The translations under genes were made by a program, and so were the position numbers. From assembly GCA_001916715.1 (NCBI GenBank), contig MNSZ01000064.1:89097-153096 (forward strand): a stretch of DNA of 64,000 bases, read 5' to 3'. This DNA comes from Firmicutes bacterium CAG:24053_14 (GTDB lineage Bacteria; Bacillota; Clostridia; Oscillospirales; Oscillospiraceae). Shown in pieces: positions 35,518-44,378 of the stretch (position 1 is its first letter; each line of letters starts with the position of its first letter). The notes beneath the pieces were generated by a model. The model searched no databases and was not told the DNA's origin. It saw nothing but the letters and a program-made list of their open reading frames with translations.

Positions 35518-37095
35518 TCAGTCTGAAAACTTAACGACAATGACACCGTTTATCGTTTTTATAGAACCGGCGTTTGGATAACACGGCATTTCTTCAAATT
35601 CATCGGTCTGCTTTATCTGCTCTTCGGTGTCTGCATCAACATAGTCATACCGCGAAGCAAGAACATTGTACAAAAGATGCTTTCGCGTGTATATGTTTGC
35701 GACGGAATTCCCGGTGAACACACCGGTCATGCCGGGGGTGGCAGGAACATTGCTGTCCATATTGATCTTGCCGATGAGCGCTACGGGCGTTGAGGATGAA
35801 AAATCGTCCTGTAATTCGATCTTTGCAGTGAGCTTTGTCATAAACGCATAAACATTCTTATAGGTCATATCCATGTAGAAATATGCGCGATTATCGATCA
35901 GAACAAATTCGTAGGCACAGGCGAGCTGAGTCAAAAGCAGAGCCAATGTCAGCGCGAGCGACACAAAGCCGGAACGGGATTTAAGGATCCCACTGAAGCA
36001 TATCCTCTCCGAAATAACAGCCGGGAAAATGAGCGGCAGCAGCATAGGATAAACCATAACAAGGTGAACCGTGAATTCACCGGCCATAACATAAACAAGA
36101 TCGCAGGCAAGTGGGATAAGTGCGACTAATATGATAATCTCAATAATAGCGGAAAAGCTTTTATAAAGCCTGCGCTGAAAAATGATGGCAAGCGCCGCAA
36201 CGGCCGAAAAGAGGAAAGCTGCCGCTGCGATATACTTGAAAAAGCTGTGGAATACAGCAGAGCGATAGAAATAAAAGAAATTTTTGTATGCTGCGGATAT
36301 GCGATCTATAAGCTGGCTGAATGTGACTATACCCATCGAGCTGATGCCCTGATAATCAATAAGCTCAACGTTGTTGACCTTCAGGCATATCCGAAGAATA
36401 ACGAAGTACAGGATCATGCCGAAGGCAAGGCCGGCTATGTATTTCAACCCGACTGTAATAAATTCCTTAAAGCTCGAAAAACGTGAATCTATTACATCAA
36501 CAAGCATGGAAAAAACCAGCAGCGCGGCGGTAAGCGGAAAATATGACTGATATATACCCATCGACAGGGCAACAGCCACTCCGCCGAGGGCGATGGCCGG
36601 CCACTTCTTCCGCTGAATGAGGTGTGCAGATACAACCGACAGCAGCAGTGCGAGCAAGTATGAGCCAGAGCAGAACATATAAGCGTAGGTTGAAGTGACG
36701 GTGGGGAAAGAGACAATGCAGGCGGATATGAGCAAAGCCGGCAAAAAGCGGCTCACGCGCAGTATTCGCATTATCAAAACGGCGGCAGCTGCAAAGTACA
36801 ACGCACCGAGCACTGCGTTCAGCCACGGACTGCTGGTAAATCCGCTGATGCCCTGCGTAAAATACAGAAGCCACCGGCCCGACGAAAGAAGATTGGTGCC
36901 GTGGTAAAGATAGGCTATGTCGTCATGGTTTATGAATTTGTTCGTAAACATATACATATGAACCATGAAGGTCAGCACAAAGGTGCTTGAAAAAACGAAT
37001 ATGTCAAGTTTTTTTATGCTGCGCCTGCACAAGCCGGCGATGCAATCAACAGTGTTTCTGTTTAAACAGCTCTGCTCCGTTTTTCTCTCGTCCAA
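35518..37095 (-). CDS. Polytopic membrane glycosyltransferase (GtrC/Glucos_trans_II-like), partner of the GT2 enzyme
   Basis: 525 aa with about 12 TM helices, located directly upstream of the GtrB-like gene. Family assignment rests on architecture and context. Confidence 0.55.
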   Translation of the reverse strand: MDERKTEQSCLNRNTVDCIAGLCRRSIKKLDIFVFSSTFVLTFMVHMYMFTNKFINHDDIAYLYHGTNLLSSGRWLLYFTQGISGFTSSPWLNAVLGALYFAAAAVLIMRILRVSRFLPALLISACIVSFPTVTSTYAYMFCSGSYLLALLLSVVSAHLIQRKKWPAIALGGVAVALSMGIYQSYFPLTAALLVFSMLVDVIDSRFSSFKEFITVGLKYIAGLAFGMILYFVILRICLKVNNVELIDYQGISSMGIVTFSQLIDRISAAYKNFFYFYRSAVFHSFFKYIAAAAFLFSAVAALAIIFQRRLYKSFSAIIEIIILVALIPLACDLVYVMAGEFTVHLVMVYPMLLPLIFPAVISERICFSGILKSRSGFVSLALTLALLLTQLACAYEFVLIDNRAYFYMDMTYKNVYAFMTKLTAKIELQDDFSSSTPVALIGKINMDSNVPATPGMTGVFTGNSVANIYTRKHLLYNVLASRYDYVDADTEEQIKQTDEFEEMPCYPNAGSIKTINGVIVVKFSD

Positions 37096-37259
37096 AAGCT
37101 AAACACCTCTCTTTAAGATATTACGAAAAAATCAATGACACAATGTTACTAAAATTATAACCAGCGCAGAAGCCGTGTCAAGTATTTTCACGATTGACAA
37201 TACCTGCATCCGAAACCGAGCATATGTCATTGCGAGCCTGCATCATGGTAAAAAACATA

Positions 37260-37270
37260 ATTATGTAAAC
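37260..37270 (+). repeat. ATTATGTAAAC site 9/10, intergenic
   Basis: AAAAACATAATTATGTAAACC. The word forms part of the 12-bp palindrome ACATAATTATGT. Confidence 0.9.
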
Positions 37271-37397
37271 CTTCATTTCATTTTCGATCGTGTATTTGTG
37301 CAGAAGGCGCGAGGCCTTAAAATTTTTTGCTTTATACCTCATTGAAAGCTAAGCGGCAAAATGTTATTATAAGCAAAAAATATCGGAGTGTATTGAT

Positions 37398-38564
37398 ATG
37401 ACCGAAAAGCTTTATTATATCGACAGCCACATGAAAGCCTTTACGGCGACGGTTACCTCATGCGAGAAAAACGGCGACCGATTTGAGGTCACGCTCGACC
37501 GCACGGCGTTTTTTCCCGAGGGCGGCGGTCAGCTCGGCGACAGCGGAGTGATCGGCGGCGTTCGAGTATTTGATACGCATGAGAAAAACGGAGAGATCAA
37601 ACATTATGTAAACCAAGCTCTGGAGACAGGCAAGACCTACGACTGCGCAATTGACTGGGAAACTCGCTTTCGCAGAATGCAAAATCATTCCGGCGAGCAT
37701 ATTGTGTCGGGGCTTGTGCATAAGAAATATGGGTACAACAATGTCGGCTTCCACATGGGCAGCGACGTTGTGACGATAGATTTTGACGGCGAGCTTTCGT
37801 GGGAGCAGCTTCTTGAGATCGAGCGCGATGCAAACCGCGCCGTCGCGGCAAACTACAAGGTCACGGCGACGCTTCCTGCGGAGGATGTGCTGAAAACTCT
37901 CGAGTACCGCAGCAAGCTTGAGCTGACGGAAAACGTGCGCATCGTCGAGATAGAAAACACCGACATCTGTGCCTGCTGTGCGCCGCATGTCAGCTCAACC
38001 GCCGAGGTCGGCACCGTGCGCATACTCACAGCCGAGCGCCGCAGACGCGGCGGAGACGGCGTGCGCATAACGATGCTTTGCGGCCTGGACGCATTCGACC
38101 ATGAGGTCATAACAGATTCGAACAACGCGGAGATATCCATGCTCCTGTCGGCAAAGCGAACAGAGACAGCCGCTGCCGTGCGCAGACTTATAAGCGAGAA
38201 CGAAAAGCTCAAGGCGCGTGCAGCGGAGCTCAGCCGTGAGCTCGCGCGGATAAAAGCCGAGGCTATAGAGCCGACGGAGGGGAACATCTGCCTGTTCGAT
38301 AATGTCCTGGACGAGCCGGCGCTCAGGACGCTCGTGAACGAAGCTGTGAAAAAATGCTCCGGCCTTGCGGCGGTATTCTCAGGGGACGACGAAACAGGCT
38401 ACAGATACATTATCGGAAGCTGCAATGCGGATCTCAGGAAAGCGGCAAAAAGTATAAATTCCGGCATCTCGGGACGGGGCGGAGGCAGCCCGGAAATGAT
38501 ACAGGGTAGCTGCACAGCGTGTTCATTAACTATTCAAAATTTTTTGACTAACTTCACGGTTTAG
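37398..38564 (+). CDS. alaX: Alanyl-tRNA editing protein AlaX-L (AlaRS editing domain plus DHHA1-like domain)
   Basis: FFPEGGGQLGD and the zinc motifs HSGEHIVSG and CCAPHV. Confidence 0.8.
   Translation: MTEKLYYIDSHMKAFTATVTSCEKNGDRFEVTLDRTAFFPEGGGQLGDSGVIGGVRVFDTHEKNGEIKHYVNQALETGKTYDCAIDWETRFRRMQNHSGEHIVSGLVHKKYGYNNVGFHMGSDVVTIDFDGELSWEQLLEIERDANRAVAANYKVTATLPAEDVLKTLEYRSKLELTENVRIVEIENTDICACCAPHVSSTAEVGTVRILTAERRRRGGDGVRITMLCGLDAFDHEVITDSNNAEISMLLSAKRTETAAAVRRLISENEKLKARAAELSRELARIKAEAIEPTEGNICLFDNVLDEPALRTLVNEAVKKCSGLAAVFSGDDETGYRYIIGSCNADLRKAAKSINSGISGRGGGSPEMIQGSCTACSLTIQNFLTNFTV
37603..37613 (+). repeat. ATTATGTAAAC site 10/10, inside alaX
   Basis: Reads CAT TAT GTA AAC CAA (HYVNQ). 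Confidence 0.9.
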
Positions 38565-38639
38565 ACACGATATACATAAATGTATAACAAAAATCGGCTA
38601 AAATACGCACTAAATGTTGATTTATCCGACGAAAGACAA

Positions 38640-38668
38640 TTGACAAGAATATGACAGTTTGTTAAAAT
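38640..38668 (+). promoter_or_regulatory. Sigma-A promoter of the dehydratase-like cluster
   Basis: TTGACA, a 17-nt spacer, then TAAAAT. A 5' UTR hairpin GGGGCA..TGCCCC follows. Confidence 0.6.
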
Positions 38669-38738
38669 AAATGAGTACATAAGGGGCAGTATATGCCCCT
38701 GAAAAGCTCAGCAAAATATTTTTTATGGGGGGTTATCC

Positions 38739-39950
38739 GTGAGAGACCTTAAGCATCTGATTTATTTTGAGAATCTGCTTCAGGAAGCCAACAACGAGTT
38801 GGTCCAGCAGGCAAAGGCAGAGGGCAAATTCGCCATCGGCTATACCTGCTACTTCATGCCCGAAGTACTTCTCGACCTGCCCGGCTGCTTCTCCGTTCGT
38901 CTGAGAGCACCGCGCTGCAGCTCACCCGACATCGCGACTTACTACATGTCCGCCCGCGTATGTCACTATGGCCGCAGCCTTTTCGAGCGCGCACTCGAAG
39001 GCGGCTTCAATTTCCTCGACGCACAGATGGCGACCGAGACCTGCACCGTCACCTGCCGCTTCCAGGAGCACATTAAGCCCAAGCATCTTGACTCCGTCAA
39101 GGACATGAACGTCATCCAGAACGACAAGTTCTTCTGCGAGTTCACCGACGTTCCCTTTAAAAACACCGAGAACGACTATGAATACTTCCGCGATCAGCTC
39201 AGGGCTCATGTTCTGACCACACTGCATGACAATCTCGGAATCGATGTTTCCGATAAGGCGCTCAAGGAAGCCATCAAGCAGCACAATGAGGTCTGCAAGC
39301 TCATAAACGAGATAGGCGATTACCGCAAGCTTGATAATCCGACCATCACCGGCTATGAGTTCCATGTCATCCAGCTCGTATCGCTGGTATGCCCGAAGTA
39401 TCTCATCCTTCCCTACCTGCGCGAGACAGCGAAGGAAATGAAGACCCGTAAGCCCGACGCAAAGTGGCCGTTCCGCTGCAAGGTAGTGCTCGCGGGAAGC
39501 GAGAACGATGACCCCGACTTCACCAAGCTTGTTGAAAGCTGCGGCGCAGAGGTCGTTTGCGACCGTTACTGCTACGGTGCAGTCGAGTCCCGTCAGCCGA
39601 TAGTTGTAGAGAAGGGCGAGGATCCCCTCTATGCTATCGCAAAGCACTACCTCAAGACCTCCAACTGTCCGCGCTTCATGCCTCAGGATGAAATGCGTGC
39701 AAGAAAGCAGCGTCTGGCAGACCTCGTCAAGGAATACAACGCAGACGGCATCATTGTTTGCTCCAACAAGTTCTGCGAGTATTGGAGCTATGAGCGCGTT
39801 GTTGACACTGTCGTCCTCAAGCGCGACTTCGGTCTCCCCGTATGCTCGATCGAGAAGGAGTACATAAACACCGCATCCGGTCAGCTCCGTACCCGCTTCC
39901 AGGCATTCGTTGAATCTGTCGAGATCAAGAAGATTCAGGAGGGCAAGTAA
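38739..39950 (+). CDS. 2-hydroxyacyl-CoA dehydratase family protein (HgdB/D-component-like subunit)
   Basis: HGD-D family features: GYTCYFMPEVLLD near the N-terminus and C-terminal CPRF...DGIIVCSNKFCEYWSYE. GTG start. Confidence 0.75.
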   Translation: MRDLKHLIYFENLLQEANNELVQQAKAEGKFAIGYTCYFMPEVLLDLPGCFSVRLRAPRCSSPDIATYYMSARVCHYGRSLFERALEGGFNFLDAQMATETCTVTCRFQEHIKPKHLDSVKDMNVIQNDKFFCEFTDVPFKNTENDYEYFRDQLRAHVLTTLHDNLGIDVSDKALKEAIKQHNEVCKLINEIGDYRKLDNPTITGYEFHVIQLVSLVCPKYLILPYLRETAKEMKTRKPDAKWPFRCKVVLAGSENDDPDFTKLVESCGAEVVCDRYCYGAVESRQPIVVEKGEDPLYAIAKHYLKTSNCPRFMPQDEMRARKQRLADLVKEYNADGIIVCSNKFCEYWSYERVVDTVVLKRDFGLPVCSIEKEYINTASGQLRTRFQAFVESVEIKKIQEGK

Positions 39951-39952
39951 TT

Positions 39953-41560
39953 ATGGATTTTAAGAAAGCATTAAAGGATTTTTGGTATGGCAAGCCCCAT
40001 ACCGCAGAAGAAGGCGGTCGCCGCCTCGGTGAAAATTACCTCCCGAAGACCGGTATTTACAAGCATAGAGAGTGGCGCGGCGTAAAGGACACCTTCTACT
40101 ACTTCAATTATATTTGGCTGTACAACTACATCCACATGGTAATGGACGTAATGAAGTACGGCGGCCTTATCAACTTTGCAAAGGGCGTATGGCGCTACCG
40201 TTGGGTAGGCCAGACCTATCTGCCCGTTCTGCACTGGTTTGACCGCGGCATGGAAGGCATGCGCGGCGAGGCTCTGCGCGGCTCCGCATGGCATTATCGC
40301 GCAATGGTCAACGCGACCATCTATCAGTTCATGGCAATGTTCAATGCCGATACCAGACTCCACGGCGGAAAGAAGAACGATGCATGGTATCACACCATGG
40401 CAATGAAGGAAACCGTATGGGGCGGTATGTTCTACGGCTGGCGCGACAAGTTTAAGGCAGTTGCTCTGGAAATGATCCCGTACTTCGTAACCTGCCACGT
40501 TAACTCTCACACCGTCCACAACTACATCGACGCAGTTCAGTCCATCGGCCTGCCCGGCGACCCCTGCCCGATGTGCCAGGCTGAGTCCGGCCTCTACGTC
40601 CTTGACGATATTCCTGACTACAGTCCGTTCATGATAACCTGCAACGAGGCCTGCGACGGCTCCGTCGGTACTGCTATTCTTCAGGACTGGTTCAACGACA
40701 AGCCTTTGTTTGCTCTGCAGATGCCCATGATATTTGACGATCCCCTCGCAAACAAGTTTGTCCAGAAGGATATCGAGAAGTGCTGGAAGTTCATCGAAGA
40801 CCAGACTGGTGTTCCCATGAACTTTGACCTCATGTGCGAGTACATTGAGCGTCAGAATGAGCTTATGAAGTTCGAGTGGGAGAAGTGGGAGGTTGCTGCA
40901 AAGACCAATTCCTACCCCATCAACGGCGTTGCACAGGCACTGTACCGCATCTATCAGTCCCAGATGGGCGATCTTCCTATCTGGCACGAGGTAGACGGCC
41001 ATGTCCGTAAAATTATGGAGCGCGCCGTCCGCAATAAGACAAATACCTTCCCCAACACTCGCCACAGAGTCATCGCATGGTCCTGCGCACCTCTGTACTA
41101 CTCCAACTGGTGCACTTGGGCATACAATACCTGGGGTCTGAATGTTGTCATTAACATGGACTCTCTCATGTTCGATATGACCATCCGCACCGACAGCTAC
41201 GAGAACATGCTCGAGGATGTCGCACAGTACCACATGTGGGCTCCGATGCGCCGTATGGCAGTCGGCGGCATGCACCATATCTTTGAGCTGTGGGATTACA
41301 TGGAGCGTTTCAACTGCGACATGGTCGCAATGTACGATCAGCTCCAGTGCAAGGGTATGCAGGGCGTCCACGGCCTGTTCGAGGATGAGTTCCGCGACAG
41401 GAATATCCCCGCATTCTGGATTCCTCACGCACTGCCCGACAGCCGCACTGTTTCCCGTGCCGAGATCCGTCGTCTCATAAACGACTACATGACCACAGTT
41501 ATGCACGAAGAGCCTCTGGATCCTTCTCTCCTCGAGCTCGACGACGACATGACATGGTAA
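39953..41560 (+). CDS. Divergent 2-hydroxyacyl-CoA dehydratase family protein (large subunit, 535 aa)
   Basis: The C-terminal half is HGD-D-like (RVIAWSCAPLYYSNW.., NCDMVAMYDQLQCKGMQG). An unusual aromatic-rich N-terminal part of about 150 aa precedes it. Separated from the upstream gene's stop by 2 nt. Confidence 0.7.
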   Translation: MDFKKALKDFWYGKPHTAEEGGRRLGENYLPKTGIYKHREWRGVKDTFYYFNYIWLYNYIHMVMDVMKYGGLINFAKGVWRYRWVGQTYLPVLHWFDRGMEGMRGEALRGSAWHYRAMVNATIYQFMAMFNADTRLHGGKKNDAWYHTMAMKETVWGGMFYGWRDKFKAVALEMIPYFVTCHVNSHTVHNYIDAVQSIGLPGDPCPMCQAESGLYVLDDIPDYSPFMITCNEACDGSVGTAILQDWFNDKPLFALQMPMIFDDPLANKFVQKDIEKCWKFIEDQTGVPMNFDLMCEYIERQNELMKFEWEKWEVAAKTNSYPINGVAQALYRIYQSQMGDLPIWHEVDGHVRKIMERAVRNKTNTFPNTRHRVIAWSCAPLYYSNWCTWAYNTWGLNVVINMDSLMFDMTIRTDSYENMLEDVAQYHMWAPMRRMAVGGMHHIFELWDYMERFNCDMVAMYDQLQCKGMQGVHGLFEDEFRDRNIPAFWIPHALPDSRTVSRAEIRRLINDYMTTVMHEEPLDPSLLELDDDMTW

Positions 41561-41578
41561 TAGGGAGGAGCAGAGAAT

Positions 41579-41791
41579 ATGAAAAAGTTTGTAAAGAAAG
41601 CACTTTGCCTCGGCGGCATCGGCTATGCAGCATTGTTCGCAGTATTTTTCTTTGATCTCGACGGTAAGCTTCTGTTCAACGTAGTTGAGCCCTTCCTGAA
41701 GAATCACTACGACAATATGGAGCGCAAGGATATGCTCAAGACACCGTACGACATGGATAAGTTCCCCGACTACAAGTACGACGAAGCCTGA
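41579..41791 (+). CDS. Small (70 aa) protein with one N-terminal TM/signal-like helix, candidate third subunit
   Basis: GGGAGGAG RBS. It is tightly packed between the dehydratase-like and activase genes. No recognisable family. Confidence 0.5.
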   Translation: MKKFVKKALCLGGIGYAALFAVFFFDLDGKLLFNVVEPFLKNHYDNMERKDMLKTPYDMDKFPDYKYDEA

Positions 41792-41891
41792 TCTTAGCAA
41801 CAAGTAAAACCATTGCCGACTCCCCGATAACGGGGGGTTGGCATAACAACGACTATAATAGTTAATTAAATATTTATTGGAGGCAACACTA

Positions 41892-42655
41892 ATGAAATAT
41901 TTTGGCGGTTGTGACGTAGGCTCGACCTACACAAAGGCAGTTATTCTCGATGAGAACGGCAAGATGGTAGCAGATACCACGATAAAGAGATGGCAGAGGT
42001 CTGCGAAAAGGCCGGCCTGAAGAGCTCTAAGGATCTTGAGTATCTTATCGGTACCGGCTACGGCCGCAACAAGGTTCCGTTCGCGGATGAGAACATCTCC
42101 GAGATAAGCTGCCACGCAATGGGCGTACACGTCACCGATCCTTCCGTCAAGGCGATCATCGACATCGGCGGCCAGGACGTCAAGGGCATCTCCGTTGACA
42201 CCGACGGCACCGTAAAGAACTTTGCAATGAACGATAAGTGCGCAGCAGGTACCGGCCGCTTCTTCGAGGCAATGGCACGCTCCTTCGAGATGAGCCTTCC
42301 CGAGTTCTCGAAGCTGGCACTGACCGCAAAGAACGTCATCCCCATCACCGCACAGTGCACCGTTTTCGCAGAGTCTGAGGTCATCACTCTGGTCGGCGAG
42401 GGAAAGCCCATGGACGAGATCGCGGCAGGCATCGAGATGGCAGTTGCAAAGCGCTGCTTCGTCATGGCCAAGAAAGCCGGCGCGACCGACAGCATCACCC
42501 TGACCGGCGGCTGCGCAAAGAACGACGGCCTGAAGCAGGCGATCGAGCACGTGCTGAAGCTGAAGGTCGTAAACCTGAAGACCGACCCGCAGCTGATGGG
42601 CGCACTCGGCGCAGCAGAGTATGCTCGCCAGAAGGGTCTTGCCAAGGCAAAATAA
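41892..42655 (+). pseudogene. BcrAD/BadFG-type activase (HgdC-like ATPase), disrupted by a frameshift near 41985
   Basis: The N-terminal ASKHA phosphate-1 motif MKYFGGCDVGSTYTKAVILDENGKMVADTTIK is in frame 0 and terminates at 42020. The rest is in another frame from 41990 (MAEVCEKAGL..TGYGRN..IDIGGQDVK..NDKCAAGTGRF..TVFAESEV). Confidence 0.7.
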
Positions 42656-42802
42656 GGCTTAAAATAGTCTTTACTGCGGTATCTCGACAATAGACATTGT
42701 ACTGAGTTTTAGTGCCTCGCGTTCAATAGGACGAATGTCCTTTGGCCGATGCACTGCAATGGGTACGATCCGATAGGGCGTATCGCAAACTGCATAAGCA
42801 TT

Positions 42803-42830
42803 AAAAGGCAGCCTTTTGGCTGCCTTTTTT
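42803..42830 (+). terminator. Intrinsic terminator
   Basis: Stem AAAAGGCAGCC/GGCTGCCTTTT with loop TTTT and a T-run. Confidence 0.85.
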
Positions 42831-42844
42831 GCACGCAAAAAATG

Positions 42845-42874
42845 TTGATTTACCTACGGGATTGGTGGTATAAT
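42845..42874 (+). promoter_or_regulatory. Promoter of the rrf2 gene with an extended -10
   Basis: TTGATT, an 18-nt spacer, then TGgTATAAT. Confidence 0.6.
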
Positions 42875-42892
42875 GATCACGAGGTGAAATAT

Positions 42893-43318
42893 ATGATATC
42901 AACTAAAGGACGCTATGCAATACGCATACTGCTCGACCTTGCCGAGCACAACAACGGCAGCTACATTCCCATGAAGGAGGTCGCCGCCCGACAGGAGATA
43001 TCTCTAAAATACATTGAGAAGATCATGCCGTCACTCAAGTCTTCCGGGCTTATTGACAGCGTTCACGGCATCGGTGGCGGCTACAGGCTCACAAGGCCGC
43101 CGGAGCAGTTTACTTTGTGGGAGATACTAAAGCTTGCGGAGGGCGATCTCGCGCCCGTTTCCTGCCTTCAGGATAACGCACCGGTCTGCCACCGCGCGGC
43201 CGAATGCCGCACACTGTCGGTCTGGCAGGGATACTACGATCTGACCCGTGAATATTTTTCCGGAATAACGCTTGCTGACCTTATGAACGCGCAGCGCGGC
43301 GGAGATTACGTCATCTGA
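42893..43318 (+). CDS. Rrf2 family transcriptional regulator (IscR/CymR-like, three Cys ligands)
   Basis: MISTKGRYAIRILLDLA... winged HTH, followed by the cluster-ligand pattern C-x8-C-x5-C. Confidence 0.85.
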   Translation: MISTKGRYAIRILLDLAEHNNGSYIPMKEVAARQEISLKYIEKIMPSLKSSGLIDSVHGIGGGYRLTRPPEQFTLWEILKLAEGDLAPVSCLQDNAPVCHRAAECRTLSVWQGYYDLTREYFSGITLADLMNAQRGGDYVI

Positions 43319-44378
43319 CGATCTCTCCGCCGCCGAGTACGGTGTCACCGTCGTATAAAACGGCGGCCTGGCCGGGGGTTACAGCACGCTGCGGCGCGTC
43401 AAAATGCAGCGTTACGCTGCCGTCAGAGTGGGCAATCGCCGTTGCGGGCTGCTCGGGTTGCCGATAGCGGATCTTTGCGGTGCAGCGGATCGGTTCGGCC
43501 GGAGTCTCGCCGCTGATCCAGTTGAAGCCGCGAACCTCGGCTGTGGACGAGTACAGCTCGTCGCTGCCGCCAAGCGTAACCGTGCTGTTTTCGGCGTCGA
43601 TGCTGCACACATACCTGCGCTCGGGGAGTGACAAACCGAGGCCACGGTGCTGCCCGACGGTATAATGCGTTATGCCGCGGTGAGTGCCGATAACCTTGCC
43701 GGAAGCGTCGATGAAATTGCCGCACGGCGCTTTGATGCCTGCCAGCCGCTCTATTGCGGCGGCGTAGTCGCCATCGGGGACAAAGCAGATATCCTGACTG
43801 TCCGGCTTATGTGCGCTTGAAAGCCCGGCTGTGTCGGCGATAGCTCGCGTGTCGGTCTTGTGCAGAGAACCGAGAGGGAAGAGTGTGTGCGCAAGCTGCT
43901 CCTGAGTGAGCATGTATAGAACATAGCTCTGATCTTTTGATTTATCCAGCGCCTTTTTGAGCTGATACTTTCTGCCGTCAAACTCAATGCGCGCATAGTG
44001 GCCGGTGGCAATTTTGTCGCAGCCGAGAAGCTTTGCACGCTCAAACAGCTTATCGAATTTCATATACCGATTGCAGTCGATGCACGGATTTGGCGTTTGC
44101 CCCCGGAGATAACCGGAGGCAAATTTTTTGATGACCTTTTCGCGAAAATCGTCCTTGAAGTTGAATACATAGTAGCGCATTCCTAGCGAGAAAGCGACGC
44201 TGCGTGCATCCTCAACATCGTCGAGACTACAGCATGTACGGCCTCGCGGCAGACCGGCGTCGCAGTTATCGTATAGCTTCATTGTACAGCCGATGCACTC
44301 GTATCCCTCGTCGCACAAAAGCTTTGCGGCGACGCTGGAATCAACGCCGCCGCTCATTGCTATCAATACTTTCATCAT
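43311..44378 (-). CDS. mnmA: tRNA 2-thiouridine(34) synthase
   Basis: PP-loop VLIAMSGGVDSSVAA with conserved Cys residues. The start is placed at MMKV/MKV. Confidence 0.9.
   Translation of the reverse strand: MMKVLIAMSGGVDSSVAAKLLCDEGYECIGCTMKLYDNCDAGLPRGRTCCSLDDVEDARSVAFSLGMRYYVFNFKDDFREKVIKKFASGYLRGQTPNPCIDCNRYMKFDKLFERAKLLGCDKIATGHYARIEFDGRKYQLKKALDKSKDQSYVLYMLTQEQLAHTLFPLGSLHKTDTRAIADTAGLSSAHKPDSQDICFVPDGDYAAAIERLAGIKAPCGNFIDASGKVIGTHRGITHYTVGQHRGLGLSLPERRYVCSIDAENSTVTLGGSDELYSSTAEVRGFNWISGETPAEPIRCTAKIRYRQPEQPATAIAHSDGSVTLHFDAPQRAVTPGQAAVLYDGDTVLGGGEIVR

Noticed and set aside
23050-37613. Reading TGTAAAC as a CcpA cre or LacI-family operator half-site regulating the glycogen operon.
   Set aside because: cre needs TGTAANCGNTNNCA. 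None of the ten copies has G after AAAC or a matching second half. Most copies are deep inside ORFs and in both orientations.
42656-42802. A possible small RNA between the activase gene and the rrf2 promoter (hairpin AGGAC-GAAT-GTCCT, ending in a strong terminator).
   Set aside because: No promoter is recognisable. The region is most simply the 3' UTR and terminator of the dehydratase-like operon. No known ncRNA motif was recognised.
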